NCBI GenBank assembly: GCA_022821105.1
Contig: JAJEEH010000135.1
Span: 1 to 38,747, forward strand
Direction of reading: 5' to 3'
Source of the DNA: Acidimicrobiia bacterium
GTDB taxonomy: Bacteria; Actinomycetota; Acidimicrobiia; Acidimicrobiales; Bin134
Length of the DNA: 38,747 bases
Both the position numbers and the translations under genes were made by a program. The notes under the pieces are model-generated. The model was given only the letters and a program-made list of their open reading frames with translations, was not told the origin of the DNA and did not search any database. Below are positions 27,489-37,113 of this stretch, piece after piece. Numbering within the stretch: position 1 is the first letter of the stretch; each line of letters begins with the position of its first letter.

Positions 27489-29704
27489 GCGACCCCTCAC
27501 CGCCTGAGGTCGGCTCGGCGGGTTTGGCCGCCGAAATGACGTCGAGCGTGCTCGACGCGGAGGCCGAGCGGCACGCTGCGCAGGACCAGGAGCGCGAGGT
27601 GCTCTTCGCCGACGAACTCCTTCCCGGGGTTGGTGCGGATCCCATGACCCTCAAGGAGGGTCTGGGACTGGGGGGAGCCTTTACGTTCTGGGTGCTGTTG
27701 ATCTTGAATTCCTTCGACGAGCTAGAGGCCGCTGCCCTGAGCGTGCTGGCTCCCGACATCCGCGACACCTTTGGGGTTTCAGACGGAGTCATCACATTCA
27801 CCGTCGCGGCCAGCAGCTCGTTCCTGATCCTCGGCGCGTTGCCGATGGGCTATCTCGCCGACCGCTGCAACCGAGCTCGGATCGTGGGCTTCGCCAGCAC
27901 CGCATTCGGAGTGATGGTGTTCCTCAGCGGCATGGCCGTCAACGCGTTCACCTTGTTCGTGGCCCGGCTGGGAGTTGGAGTGTCCAAGGCCAACACCGGA
28001 CCGGTACATGGCTCGATAATTGCCGACGCCTACCCGATCGGCGTCCGAGGTCGCATCAGTGGGGCAACCCAGTCCGCGGGAGCGGTCGTTCGCATAGCCA
28101 GCCCGCTCCTCGTCGGCGGCATCGCCGTGGCCGCCGGTGGCACCGAAGGATGGCGTTGGGCATTCTTCATCCTCGGAATCCCGGTCTTCTTCCTGGCATT
28201 CCTCGCGTTCCGAATGCCCGAGCCCCGACGGGGCCAACAGGAGATGGGCTCGGTGCTAGGGACCGTCCTCGACGAGCCGAAGGAGCCAGAGCGGATCTCA
28301 ATAGAGGCCGCCTTCTCCCGGCTCAAGCAGATACGCACTCTGCGGACGGTGCTGATCGGCTTCGTGGCCTTGGGGTTCAGCCTGTTCACCGGGGGCGTGC
28401 TCGGAAACCTGTATCTCGAGGAGCGATTCGACCTGGACGCGCTGGAGCGCGGCATTCTCGGCACGGTCGGCGGCATCGTCCCCGTCCTGATTCTGCCGTT
28501 CGCCGCGAAACGCTTCGATGCCCTTTATCGAAAAAACCCAGCGCGGGCGCTGCGGCTGACGGGGGCCATGATCATGCCGGTCGCAGTGCTCATCCCGTTG
28601 CAGTACTCCATGCCGACACCGCTGCTCTTTGCGGTCATGGGGATCTTCCCTGGAATCTTCATGTTCATCGCGTTCACGATGATCGGGCCTATCCTCCAAT
28701 CAATTGTGCCCTATCGGCTGAGGGGTCTGGGTGGGGCGCTTGGAAGCCTCTACGTGTTCTTCGGCGGCGCCACCGTCGGAGCACTGATCGCTGCCCTTCT
28801 CGTCGACATCACCGGCCCGCGGCCGGCCATCCTCATCCTGGCTGTGCCGTCGACCCTGATCGGTGGGGCAATGATGATGCGGGGGTCGGCGTTCGTCAGG
28901 AACGACCTGTCGCTCGTCGTCGCCGAGCTGCGGGAGGAGTTGGCCGAACAGGAGCGACTCAACAAGGGCGAAGGGGAAGTGCCTGCACTGCAAGTCCACG
29001 GGATCGACTTCTCGTACGGGCAGGTTCAGGTGCTGTTCGACGTCGGGTTCGAAGTCCGCAAGGGTGAGGTGCTCGCTTTGCTCGGTACCAACGGCGCGGG
29101 CAAATCGACCATTCTGCGGGCCATCTCTGGCATCGGCACCCCCTCGCGGGGTGTCGTGCGGCTCCACGGCTCCACGATCACTTTCGTTACCCCCGAGCGG
29201 CGTATGAAGATGGGCATTCAGCTGTTGCCCGGCGGCAAGGGCGTATTTCCCGACATGACGGTGGCCGAGAACCTCGAGATGGGCGCTTTCGCCTACCGCC
29301 ACGACCCCGTTGACCGCGACCGGCGCATCGAGCACGTCCTCGGGTTGTTCAGCGACCTGGCCGATCGCCAAGACCAGCTCGCGGAATCTCTGTCGGGCGG
29401 CCAGCAGCAGATGCTGGCACTGGCGATGACGCTCCTGCATGAGCCCGAGGTACTGCTCATCGACGAGCTGTCACTGGGCCTTGCCCCGGTCGTTGTCCAA
29501 GACCTCCTCGGCATCGTCGGCCGACTTAAGGAGTCGGGCATGTCGATCGTGATCGTCGAGCAGTCATTCAACATCGCCTTGGCGCTCTCCGACCGGGCGG
29601 TCTTCCTCGAGAAGGGGCAAGTTCGCTTCGAGGGACCTGCCTCCGAGCTCGCTGAGCGCGACGATCTCGCACGGGCGGTCTTTCTGGGCACCGACGGCGG
29701 CTAA
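27485..29704 (+). CDS. Fusion protein: 12-TM MFS-type membrane domain plus C-terminal LivF-type ABC ATPase
   Basis: The GTG start overlaps the SBP TGA (GTGA). The first ~480 aa are hydrophobic, with about 12 predicted TM segments and an MFS motif-A-like GYLADRCNRARIVG. From about nt 28980: GTNGAGKST (Walker A), LSGGQQQM (signature), LLIDELSLGLAP (Walker B). Confidence 0.8.
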   Translation: MSDPSPPEVGSAGLAAEMTSSVLDAEAERHAAQDQEREVLFADELLPGVGADPMTLKEGLGLGGAFTFWVLLILNSFDELEAAALSVLAPDIRDTFGVSDGVITFTVAASSSFLILGALPMGYLADRCNRARIVGFASTAFGVMVFLSGMAVNAFTLFVARLGVGVSKANTGPVHGSIIADAYPIGVRGRISGATQSAGAVVRIASPLLVGGIAVAAGGTEGWRWAFFILGIPVFFLAFLAFRMPEPRRGQQEMGSVLGTVLDEPKEPERISIEAAFSRLKQIRTLRTVLIGFVALGFSLFTGGVLGNLYLEERFDLDALERGILGTVGGIVPVLILPFAAKRFDALYRKNPARALRLTGAMIMPVAVLIPLQYSMPTPLLFAVMGIFPGIFMFIAFTMIGPILQSIVPYRLRGLGGALGSLYVFFGGATVGALIAALLVDITGPRPAILILAVPSTLIGGAMMMRGSAFVRNDLSLVVAELREELAEQERLNKGEGEVPALQVHGIDFSYGQVQVLFDVGFEVRKGEVLALLGTNGAGKSTILRAISGIGTPSRGVVRLHGSTITFVTPERRMKMGIQLLPGGKGVFPDMTVAENLEMGAFAYRHDPVDRDRRIEHVLGLFSDLADRQDQLAESLSGGQQQMLALAMTLLHEPEVLLIDELSLGLAPVVVQDLLGIVGRLKESGMSIVIVEQSFNIALALSDRAVFLEKGQVRFEGPASELAERDDLARAVFLGTDGG

Positions 29705-29709
29705 GTCGG

Positions 29710-30948
29710 ATGGTCGCGACCTGGATTACCCGCCAACTGGTATTCGACGGGGTCGTCACCGGACTGCTCTATGCCCTGCTCGCGATGGGCATCGTCTTGA
29801 TCTACCGAGCAACCCGGGTGATCAATTTCGCGGTGGGCGCCATCGGGATGGTCGGTACTGGATTGCTGGCCCTGCTCGTCGTCGAATGGGGCGTGCCGTT
29901 TTGGATCGCGGTCGTGGTCGCGTTGGTGGTGGGAACCCTCTACGGTGTGGTTTTGGAGCTCGTGGTGATACGGCGATTGTTCGACTCGCCTCGGGTCATC
30001 TTGCTCGTAGCCGTGGTTGGAATCTCGCAGCTCTCGCTGCTGATCCTTACCGCCTTACCCGACTTCACCTCGAAGGGCACGCTGTTTCCGAGGGCCCTCG
30101 GCGGCACCTACGAAGACGTGTTTGGGAGCGGGATACGGGCCAGCGGACCGCAGGTGTCGATCCTTGTCGTCGTGCCGCTCATCGCTTTGGGTCTGGCCGG
30201 CTTCCTCACCCGAACGACGATCGGAAAGACAGTAAAGGCATCGGCGGCCAACCGCGACCTCGCTCGCCTGGTCGGGATCAACCCAAAGCTGGTTTCGACG
30301 TTCGTCTGGGCCATTGGTGCCGGGCTGGCCACGGTCTCGATGAGCCTGTTGTCGGCCCAAACAAATGCCCGTGTCGGAACGCTTGCCACCTTGGGGCCAA
30401 GCACGATCGTGCGGGCACTGGCCGCCGCGGTGGTGGCGAGGATGTCGTCGTTCCCACGAGCGTTCGCCGCCGGAATCGCGATCGGTGTTGCCGAGAACGT
30501 CGTGCAGTTCAACTATTTGGACCAGTCGGGCCTCGTCGACTTCCTCCTGATCGTCGTGGTGCTCGTCGCGGTGTATTTCCACAGTCGAGGGCGCGGTGAG
30601 ACGCAGCCATTCGCGTTCGCACCTCGTGTGAATCCGGTGCCTGAACGCCTGCGCTCGGTGTGGTGGGTGCGACAGATCGACCGAGTGGGGTTCTGGCTCC
30701 TCGGCCTTGGTGCGTTGATCCTTCCGCTGGTCATCACCCAACCCTCGCGCCATCTCACGTTCGCCCTGGTGCTCGCGTTCGCCATCGCTGGTCTCTCGGT
30801 AACCGTGCTCACGGGCTGGAGCGGGCAGCTCTCGCTCGGGCAGATGGCCTTTGCCGGGTTCGGCGCGTTCCTGACGGCCGCGCTGACCCGAGGCATCAAC
30901 TGGGACATCGGTTTCGGCGACACCACAATCTCCAATGCGGGCATATAG
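29710..30948 (+). CDS. LivH-type permease fused to the N-terminal part of a LivM-type permease; ends at an in-frame TAG
   Basis: 412-aa ORF. The first ~295 aa are LivH-like (GLLYALLAMGIVLIYRATRVINFAVG). The rest starts a LivM-like domain (LTGWSGQLSLGQMAFAGFGAF). The TAG at 30946..30948 is in frame with the next ORF. Confidence 0.75.
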   Translation: MVATWITRQLVFDGVVTGLLYALLAMGIVLIYRATRVINFAVGAIGMVGTGLLALLVVEWGVPFWIAVVVALVVGTLYGVVLELVVIRRLFDSPRVILLVAVVGISQLSLLILTALPDFTSKGTLFPRALGGTYEDVFGSGIRASGPQVSILVVVPLIALGLAGFLTRTTIGKTVKASAANRDLARLVGINPKLVSTFVWAIGAGLATVSMSLLSAQTNARVGTLATLGPSTIVRALAAAVVARMSSFPRAFAAGIAIGVAENVVQFNYLDQSGLVDFLLIVVVLVAVYFHSRGRGETQPFAFAPRVNPVPERLRSVWWVRQIDRVGFWLLGLGALILPLVITQPSRHLTFALVLAFAIAGLSVTVLTGWSGQLSLGQMAFAGFGAFLTAALTRGINWDIGFGDTTISNAGI

Positions 30949-30963
30949 CCCCTCCCGTGGGAG

Positions 30964-32553
30964 TTGTCGATCTTGATTGCCGCATTGGTTACTGCCCTGC
31001 TCGCCGCGTTGATCGGAATAGGCGCGCTCCGCGTCCGAGGGCTCTTGCTGGCAATCAGCACATTCGCCTTCGCCCACGCTTCGACGCAGTACATCTTCCG
31101 GCGGCCGATCCTCACGTCGAACCTGCGTCAGCGGATACCGTTCAACCGGACCGACGTCTTCGGCATCGACCTCGATTCTCAGCGATCGATGTACTACCTA
31201 TGCCTCGCCGTTCTCGTCGTTCTCCTCATCGTCATCGGCCGCCTGCGCCGCAGTCCGGTGGGCTGGTCGACAATCGCGGTTCGGGACAATCCCGAGGCCG
31301 CCGCCGCCTATACCATCAACCCCACCAGGGTGAAGCTGCGCAGCTTTGCGTTCGCGGGGGCCATCGCCGGCCTCTCCGGCGGCTTGCTATTGGGCGTGAC
31401 GGAGGGCATCGCCGTACCGGTCGTGCGCTACTTCACTCTCAACGACTCGCTGACCCTTCTCGGAGGGGTGGTCATCGGCGGAATCGGATCGACCATCGGC
31501 GCGGTGCTCGGTGCGATGTGGGTAATCGGTTTGCCGTTCTACTTCCCCGGCAATTCGATTGCACCGCTGCTCACGTCGAGCGTCGGTCTCCTCGTGCTGT
31601 TGTTGTACTTCCCTGGCGGGTTCGCGCAGATCGGCTACCGAGCTCGCGACGCGATCCTGACGTGGCTCGATCGGCGCATGCGCCCGGCTCCAACTATCTC
31701 GACGACCTCCGTGCCCGAATCGCTTGGCAAGCGACACCCGGCCCGTGTGAACGACGACGGTCCGGTGGTGCGAACGGAGAACGTGACCGTGCGCTTCGGC
31801 GGTAACGTCGCGGTCGACGGGATCAGCATGGAGGTGCGCTCCGGCGAAATCGTCGGCCTAATCGGCACGAACGGCGCCGGAAAATCCACGTTGATGAACG
31901 CGATCGGTGGGTTCGTTCCGTCGACCGGAATCGTGGAGATCTTCGGCACCGACGTGTCTCGGGTTTCGCCGCCGCGGCGCGCTCGGCTGGGACTGGGACG
32001 AACCTTCCAGCAGGCGACGCTGTTCCCCGAGCTGACCGTCCGCGAGACTTTCCAGGTCGCGCTAGAGGCGCGCGGCCGCTCCAGCTTGGCGGCTACGGCG
32101 GTCGGCTGGCCGACAACGGTGACCCGGCAACGCCGTCACCGGGCTGCCGCCGACGATCTGATCGACTTTCTCGGTCTCGGTCGCTACGCCGACGACTACG
32201 TCGCCAACCTGTCAACCGGCACACGGCGCATCGTGGAACTCGGCGGGCTCCTCGCGCTCCAGGCCGAGGTGTTGTGCATGGACGAGCCGACAGCCGGCAT
32301 TGCCCAGAAGGAGACCGAGGCCTTCGGGCCGCTGATCGTGGAGATCCGTCGGGAGCTCGACGCGTCGATCCTCATCATTGAACACGACATGCCGCTTATC
32401 ACGGGAATCAGCAATCGGATCTACTGCCTCGAGGCCGGCAGGGTGATCGCTGAGGGCGGTCCGATCTCGGTGCGGGACAATCCCCTTGTGGTTGCCTCGT
32501 ACCTCGGCACCAATGAAACGGCTATCGCCCGCAGCGGTGATGGGGCGTCTTGA
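30964..32553 (+). CDS. Remainder of the LivM-type permease fused to a LivG-type ABC ATPase
   Basis: Possible TTG restart at 30964. It continues the LivM helices (ALRVRGLLLAISTFAF, AVRDNPEAAAAY), then the NBD: GTNGAGKST, LSTGTRRIVEL, LCMDEPTAG. It is in the same frame as 29710..30948, so it could alternatively be annotated as one disrupted 947-codon gene, 29710..32553. Confidence 0.75.
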   Translation: MSILIAALVTALLAALIGIGALRVRGLLLAISTFAFAHASTQYIFRRPILTSNLRQRIPFNRTDVFGIDLDSQRSMYYLCLAVLVVLLIVIGRLRRSPVGWSTIAVRDNPEAAAAYTINPTRVKLRSFAFAGAIAGLSGGLLLGVTEGIAVPVVRYFTLNDSLTLLGGVVIGGIGSTIGAVLGAMWVIGLPFYFPGNSIAPLLTSSVGLLVLLLYFPGGFAQIGYRARDAILTWLDRRMRPAPTISTTSVPESLGKRHPARVNDDGPVVRTENVTVRFGGNVAVDGISMEVRSGEIVGLIGTNGAGKSTLMNAIGGFVPSTGIVEIFGTDVSRVSPPRRARLGLGRTFQQATLFPELTVRETFQVALEARGRSSLAATAVGWPTTVTRQRRHRAAADDLIDFLGLGRYADDYVANLSTGTRRIVELGGLLALQAEVLCMDEPTAGIAQKETEAFGPLIVEIRRELDASILIIEHDMPLITGISNRIYCLEAGRVIAEGGPISVRDNPLVVASYLGTNETAIARSGDGAS

Positions 32554-32567
32554 AAGGAGCTTGAAAC

Positions 32568-33800
32568 ATGCAATTTCCCGATGGTTTCCTCTGGGGTGCG
32601 GCCACGGCCGGCCATCAAGTGGAGGGCGGCAACATGAATGCCGACATCTGGCCGCTCGAGTGGGCTGAAGAGTCCCTGTTCGCCGAACCCTCCGGCGATG
32701 CCTGCGATCACTACCACCGGTATCCCGAAGACGTCGCGATCATGGCGGATCTCGGGTTCAACGCCTACCGGTTTTCTCTCGAGTGGTCAAGGATCGAGCC
32801 CGAACCCGGTTGGTTCAGCCAGGCCGCGCTCGACCACTACCGCCGGGTCATATAAAGGTGTCAGGAAAACGGGATCACGCCGGTCGTCACGTACTGTCAC
32901 TTCACCACGCCCCGTTGGTTCGCGGGCCAGGGCGGCTGGACCGGGAAAGATGCCGTGGAACACTTCGCCCGCTACGCCGAGCGGGTCACCGCGAAGCTCG
33001 GCGACGTGATGCCGTGGGTGGCCACCCTCAACGAACCAAACGTCATCACCATGCTCGAGCTCACGGGCGTCATCCCGCTCGGCCAGGGCGACCGCGGGCC
33101 GCTGGAGGAGTCACGGGACACGACCCCTTCCGGTGTCGGTGGTTACGACCCTTCTCGCTATCGGATGGGCCTTGTAGGAGCCGGCTGCGAGCGAATGCGG
33201 GAGATCCATCGGGCTGCGGCCGAGGCCATCAAGGCGGGTCCCGGCGACTCGAAGGTGGGCTGGACGCTGGCCCTCGTAGACCTCCAGCCTGGACCGGGGG
33301 GCGAGGAGCGCTGGGCGCGTGCCCGCCAAGGGGCCCAGCTCGACTGGCTCGAAGTCTCCCGCGATGACGATTTTGTCGGCGTGCAGACTTACTCGCGCAA
33401 TGTGCTTGGACCCGATGGCGCGCTTCCAATACCCGATGGGGTCGCCAAGATGCAGACCGGTTGGGAGGTCTATCCCGAGGCACTCGGTCACACGGTCCGA
33501 TTAGCCGCTGAGCACTCGCAGGTGCCGGTTCTGGTCACCGAGAACGGCATGGCCACCGACGACGACGATGCTCGCATTGCCTACACGCGCGACGCGTTGC
33601 GGGGTCTTGCCGCATGCGTGGCCGACGGGGTGGACGTCAAGGGCTATCTGCATTGGACGCTGCTCGACAATTTCGAGTGGATGTCGGGCTTCGCGAAGAC
33701 GTTTGGACTAATTGCCTTCGATCCAGTCGACTTCCGAAGGGCCCCAAAGCCCTCGGCCCGGTGGCTCGGCCAAGTGGCACGTGCCAACGAGATCGAGTAG
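32568..33800 (+). pseudogene. GH1 beta-glucosidase interrupted by one in-frame TAA (32853..32855)
   Basis: AAGGAG RBS before ATG 32568. N-terminus FPDGFLWGAATAGHQVEG, acid/base motif TLNEPNV, nucleophile motif VTENGMAT. ORFs 32568..32855 and 32955..33800 share a frame. Read-through gives HYRRVI*RCQENGITPVVTYCHFTTPRWF, which aligns without gaps to the GH1 consensus. Confidence 0.8.
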
Positions 33801-33817
33801 CTCGGAGACCTCAGGTT

Positions 33818-36157
33818 TCATCGCGTTCGCCCCCGGGATTCGTCGATCAGCCGAAAGATCTCCGACGGGGCCAGTGGCAAGCGGGTAACGACGACCTCAA
33901 GAGGCGCGAGAGCGTCGGCGACCGCGTTGGCAACGGCCGCAGGCGCGGCAATCGCTCCTCCTTCACCCACCCCTTTGTATCCGCCTGGGCCCGGGCCGGG
34001 TGAGTCCTCCATGTGTCCGAACTCGATCACCGGCACGTCGGTCGAGGTCGGCAACAGGTAGTCAGCCAAGGTCGTGGTGAGCGGGTTGCCCTGCTCATCC
34101 CAACAGAGTTCCTCGAGCAGCGCGCCCCCGATTCCTTGAACCGTGCCTCCCGCGATCTGACCCTCGACAATCGTTGGGTTGATCATTGGTCCGCAGTCCT
34201 CGGCGACAACATACCGGTCGAGTGTCACCAGACCCGTTGCAGGGTCGATTTCGCACGTGCAGGCGTGGGTTGCGTTCGCCCACACGTTGAAGGCCTCGGC
34301 GCGGTATCGCGAGCTGGCCTCAAGGCCCAGTTCCACCTCCTGGGGAAGGTCTTGATGTCCAAAGTAGGCCGCATAGGCGATTTCGGCGAGCGGCAATCCG
34401 GCGCTGAGCGTGCCCCGTACACTCGCACGTCCTTCGGCAAGTTCAATGTCGTCGGGCGATGCTTCGAGCAGGTAACCCGCGATTGCCGCGATCCGTGCCC
34501 GTAGAAGGGCGGAGGTCTCCCTGATGGCGCCGGCCACCATTGAGCCGCTCCGGCTGCCGGCCGTTCCGGCGCCGAACGGTGCGAGGGCCGTGTCGCCCTG
34601 GATGGTGTGCACCTGATCGATGCCAACACCGAGGGCATCGGCGGTCAACTGGACTGCGGTGGTCTCGAGGCTGTTGCCCGCCGAACCCCCGGCGAGGTAG
34701 ATGGTCACTGCTCCGCTCGGTTCGATTCGGATCGTCGCCCCCTCGCTGCCGTGGTGGGGCATGCCGCTCGCGGTGGGCTCGACGTAGCTCGCGGTTCCGA
34801 TGCCAACCAGTCGTCCTCCAGACCGCGCCGAATCCTGCGCGGCACGGAAATCCTCGTAGCCGATCAACTCGAGTGCCATCTCGAAGGTCTCGAGCGGTGT
34901 CATGTCGGTGTACTGCATCCGATGAGGATTCGCATACGGCAGGTCTGATGAACTCAGCATGTTCCGCCGGCGGAGCTCGACCGGGTCCATGCTCATGCGA
35001 CGCGCCGCGATGTCGAGTGCGATCTCTCGCGCAACGGTCTCGAACTGCCAAGGGCCGCGGTAGGCGGTGCGGCCGGGAGTATTGGTGAACACGCAGGTGG
35101 TGGAAAACGCCGCGGATGGCACGCGATACGGCCCGGGGAAGAGCATTCCGGTAGCAGCGGCGACACCGACCGGCCAAGGAATCGGATAGGCACCTACGTC
35201 CTGGACGTGGTCGATGGTCGCACCGAGGATAGACCCGTCGTCGGCGAACGCCATTCTCACGCGGCCGTTCTCCCGCCTCGACGAACTCGCCATTAGGTTC
35301 TCGCGGCGATCTTCGATGTATTTGATCGCGCCCGCGACCTTGCGAGCCGCAAGTAATATGCAAATGTCTTCGCGGTGGGCGTTCACCTTTTGGCCGAACG
35401 CTCCTCCGGTGTCGCGGCAGATCACGCGTACTTTGTTTTCGGCGACGTTGAGTAGCCGCGCCGCAAACGCACGGAGGTCGTGAGGTGCTTGGAACGACGC
35501 CCACACGGTGAGCTCGCCAGCGGCTGGCTGCCACTCGGCGATGATCCCACGCGTCTCCAGAGGCGAAGCGACGTAGGCCTGCTGGTGAAACGTCTCATCG
35601 AGCGTGAACGAGGCATCCTCAAACGAGGGTTCAACCTCCTCCCACCGACGTCCCGACATTTGGCCCGCGATGTTGCGTTCCCAACCTTCGTGCACACACG
35701 CATTGGCCCTGGTCGCATCAGCGAATTCGACCACGGCAGGGAGGGGTTGGTAATCGACGGTGACGCGTTCGGCCGCGTCCTTGGCAATGTACCGGTCTTC
35801 CGCCAGGACTAGGGCGATGGGATCGCCTGCAAATCGTGCCTCTGTTTCAGCGAGGGGTGGGCGGGGAGTGTCCGGAACATCCTTGCCCACCTGCCCGTAC
35901 CAGGATTCGTGTACATCCCCGTTGATATCGGCGGCGGTGAGGACCGCGCGAACGCCCGGGAGGGCGACAGCAGCTGAGGCGTCGATCCCGGCGAATCGGG
36001 CGCGGGCGTATGGGCTGCGCACAAAGCAGGCGTGCAGCATGGCCGGACGAACAACATCATCGACGTACGTGCCAGCCCCCACGAGAAGACGGGGATCCTC
36101 CACTCGCGATAAACGCTCTCCGGCAAAGCGGCCGGCTCCTCTGGCTGCCGGTGCCAC
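33818..36157 (-). CDS. Second orphan XDH/CoxL-family molybdopterin-binding large subunit (paralogue of 9657..11975)
   Basis: The GTG start shares one base with the upstream SDR TAG. Blocks: LSRVEDPRLLVGAGTY, GGAFGQK, FPGPYRVP, AYRGPW, GYKGVGEGG. Many blocks are shared with the first copy. Confidence 0.9.
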   Translation of the reverse strand: MAPAARGAGRFAGERLSRVEDPRLLVGAGTYVDDVVRPAMLHACFVRSPYARARFAGIDASAAVALPGVRAVLTAADINGDVHESWYGQVGKDVPDTPRPPLAETEARFAGDPIALVLAEDRYIAKDAAERVTVDYQPLPAVVEFADATRANACVHEGWERNIAGQMSGRRWEEVEPSFEDASFTLDETFHQQAYVASPLETRGIIAEWQPAAGELTVWASFQAPHDLRAFAARLLNVAENKVRVICRDTGGAFGQKVNAHREDICILLAARKVAGAIKYIEDRRENLMASSSRRENGRVRMAFADDGSILGATIDHVQDVGAYPIPWPVGVAAATGMLFPGPYRVPSAAFSTTCVFTNTPGRTAYRGPWQFETVAREIALDIAARRMSMDPVELRRRNMLSSSDLPYANPHRMQYTDMTPLETFEMALELIGYEDFRAAQDSARSGGRLVGIGTASYVEPTASGMPHHGSEGATIRIEPSGAVTIYLAGGSAGNSLETTAVQLTADALGVGIDQVHTIQGDTALAPFGAGTAGSRSGSMVAGAIRETSALLRARIAAIAGYLLEASPDDIELAEGRASVRGTLSAGLPLAEIAYAAYFGHQDLPQEVELGLEASSRYRAEAFNVWANATHACTCEIDPATGLVTLDRYVVAEDCGPMINPTIVEGQIAGGTVQGIGGALLEELCWDEQGNPLTTTLADYLLPTSTDVPVIEFGHMEDSPGPGPGGYKGVGEGGAIAAPAAVANAVADALAPLEVVVTRLPLAPSEIFRLIDESRGRTR

Positions 36158-36996
36158 TATGAATCTGGCCGCTCAGTCGCCCCGGATCGGCCGGTGCCGT
36201 CTTTGCTCCACCTGTGAACGTTGAGCGCCGCGTCAGGCCCATCGAACTCCGCGAACAAAAACGGCGTGTGGGGTGAATCGGCGCTGACGATCCAACAGCT
36301 ACCCGCCGACTCGAGGGGTGCCGTCGCCACATGAACAACAGCGTCGGCGACGTTGTCCGGTGACTGAATGGGCACGCCGATCTTCCTCATCATCTCCCGA
36401 TGCTCCTCAGGGACCATGCCCGTCGCTGTTGTGCCCGGGCACAGGGCGTGACAAGCAATCCCCTCTGCCGCGAGGTTCGGGGCGATGGAGCGAATGAGCC
36501 CCACCACCCCGTGTTTGCCGATCGTGTAGATCGGATCGGGGTGAAATGGCATGACACCGGCGATCGATGCAGTTGCGATGATCGCGCACTCGCCGCGGCC
36601 ACTGGGTCGGCGGCGCATCGCACGAACGGCTGCCCGGGTGCCGTACACCACGCCGTTCAGATTCACGCCAACCGATAGGTGATAGTCGCCGAGATCCATC
36701 TCCCCGATGTCGCCCGACCACCGGAGCCCGACCCCAGCGTTCAGGTGGGCCAGATCAATCCCTCCGAAGCGTTCCACGCAGTTGGCAAAGACCGCTTCAA
36801 CCTGATCCGCAGCGGAGACGTCGCAGCCGAACGCAGCTGCTCCAATGGGGTCCGCGGTAGCGGCGGCGGCCTCTGCATCGATATCGAGGACACAGACTTG
36901 CATTCCCTCCGCGGCGAGCCTTTGGGCAGTGGCGCGTCCCATTCCAGAACCTCCGCCCGTCACTACGGCGACACGCCCTTCTAGCTCCATCGGCAT
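36157..36996 (-). CDS. SDR-family oxidoreductase
   Basis: LEGRVAVVTGGGSGMGRA (cofactor motif) and YTIGK (YxxxK). ATG at 36996, with ATG 36990 as the alternative. TAG stop at 36157..36159. Confidence 0.85.
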   Translation of the reverse strand: MPMELEGRVAVVTGGGSGMGRATAQRLAAEGMQVCVLDIDAEAAAATADPIGAAAFGCDVSAADQVEAVFANCVERFGGIDLAHLNAGVGLRWSGDIGEMDLGDYHLSVGVNLNGVVYGTRAAVRAMRRRPSGRGECAIIATASIAGVMPFHPDPIYTIGKHGVVGLIRSIAPNLAAEGIACHALCPGTTATGMVPEEHREMMRKIGVPIQSPDNVADAVVHVATAPLESAGSCWIVSADSPHTPFLFAEFDGPDAALNVHRWSKDGTGRSGATERPDS

Positions 36997-37022
36997 GCCT
37001 CTGGAGTGGAAACCGCTGTCCC

Positions 37023-37036
37023 TGAACGGCCGTTAA
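37023..37036. promoter_or_regulatory. Candidate operator, copy 1: TGAACGGCCGTTAA (10-bp perfect palindrome AACGGCCGTT)
   Basis: Lies in the divergent SDR/tannase intergenic region. The 12-mer TGAACGGCCGTT recurs at 37114. Confidence 0.35.
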
Positions 37037-37113
37037 GCACCTCGACAAGCATAATGTCTCTGCGGTAGCGACACTGAAGAATGGCGGGCTTCAGCGTCGA
37101 ACAGCGTCCGAGG

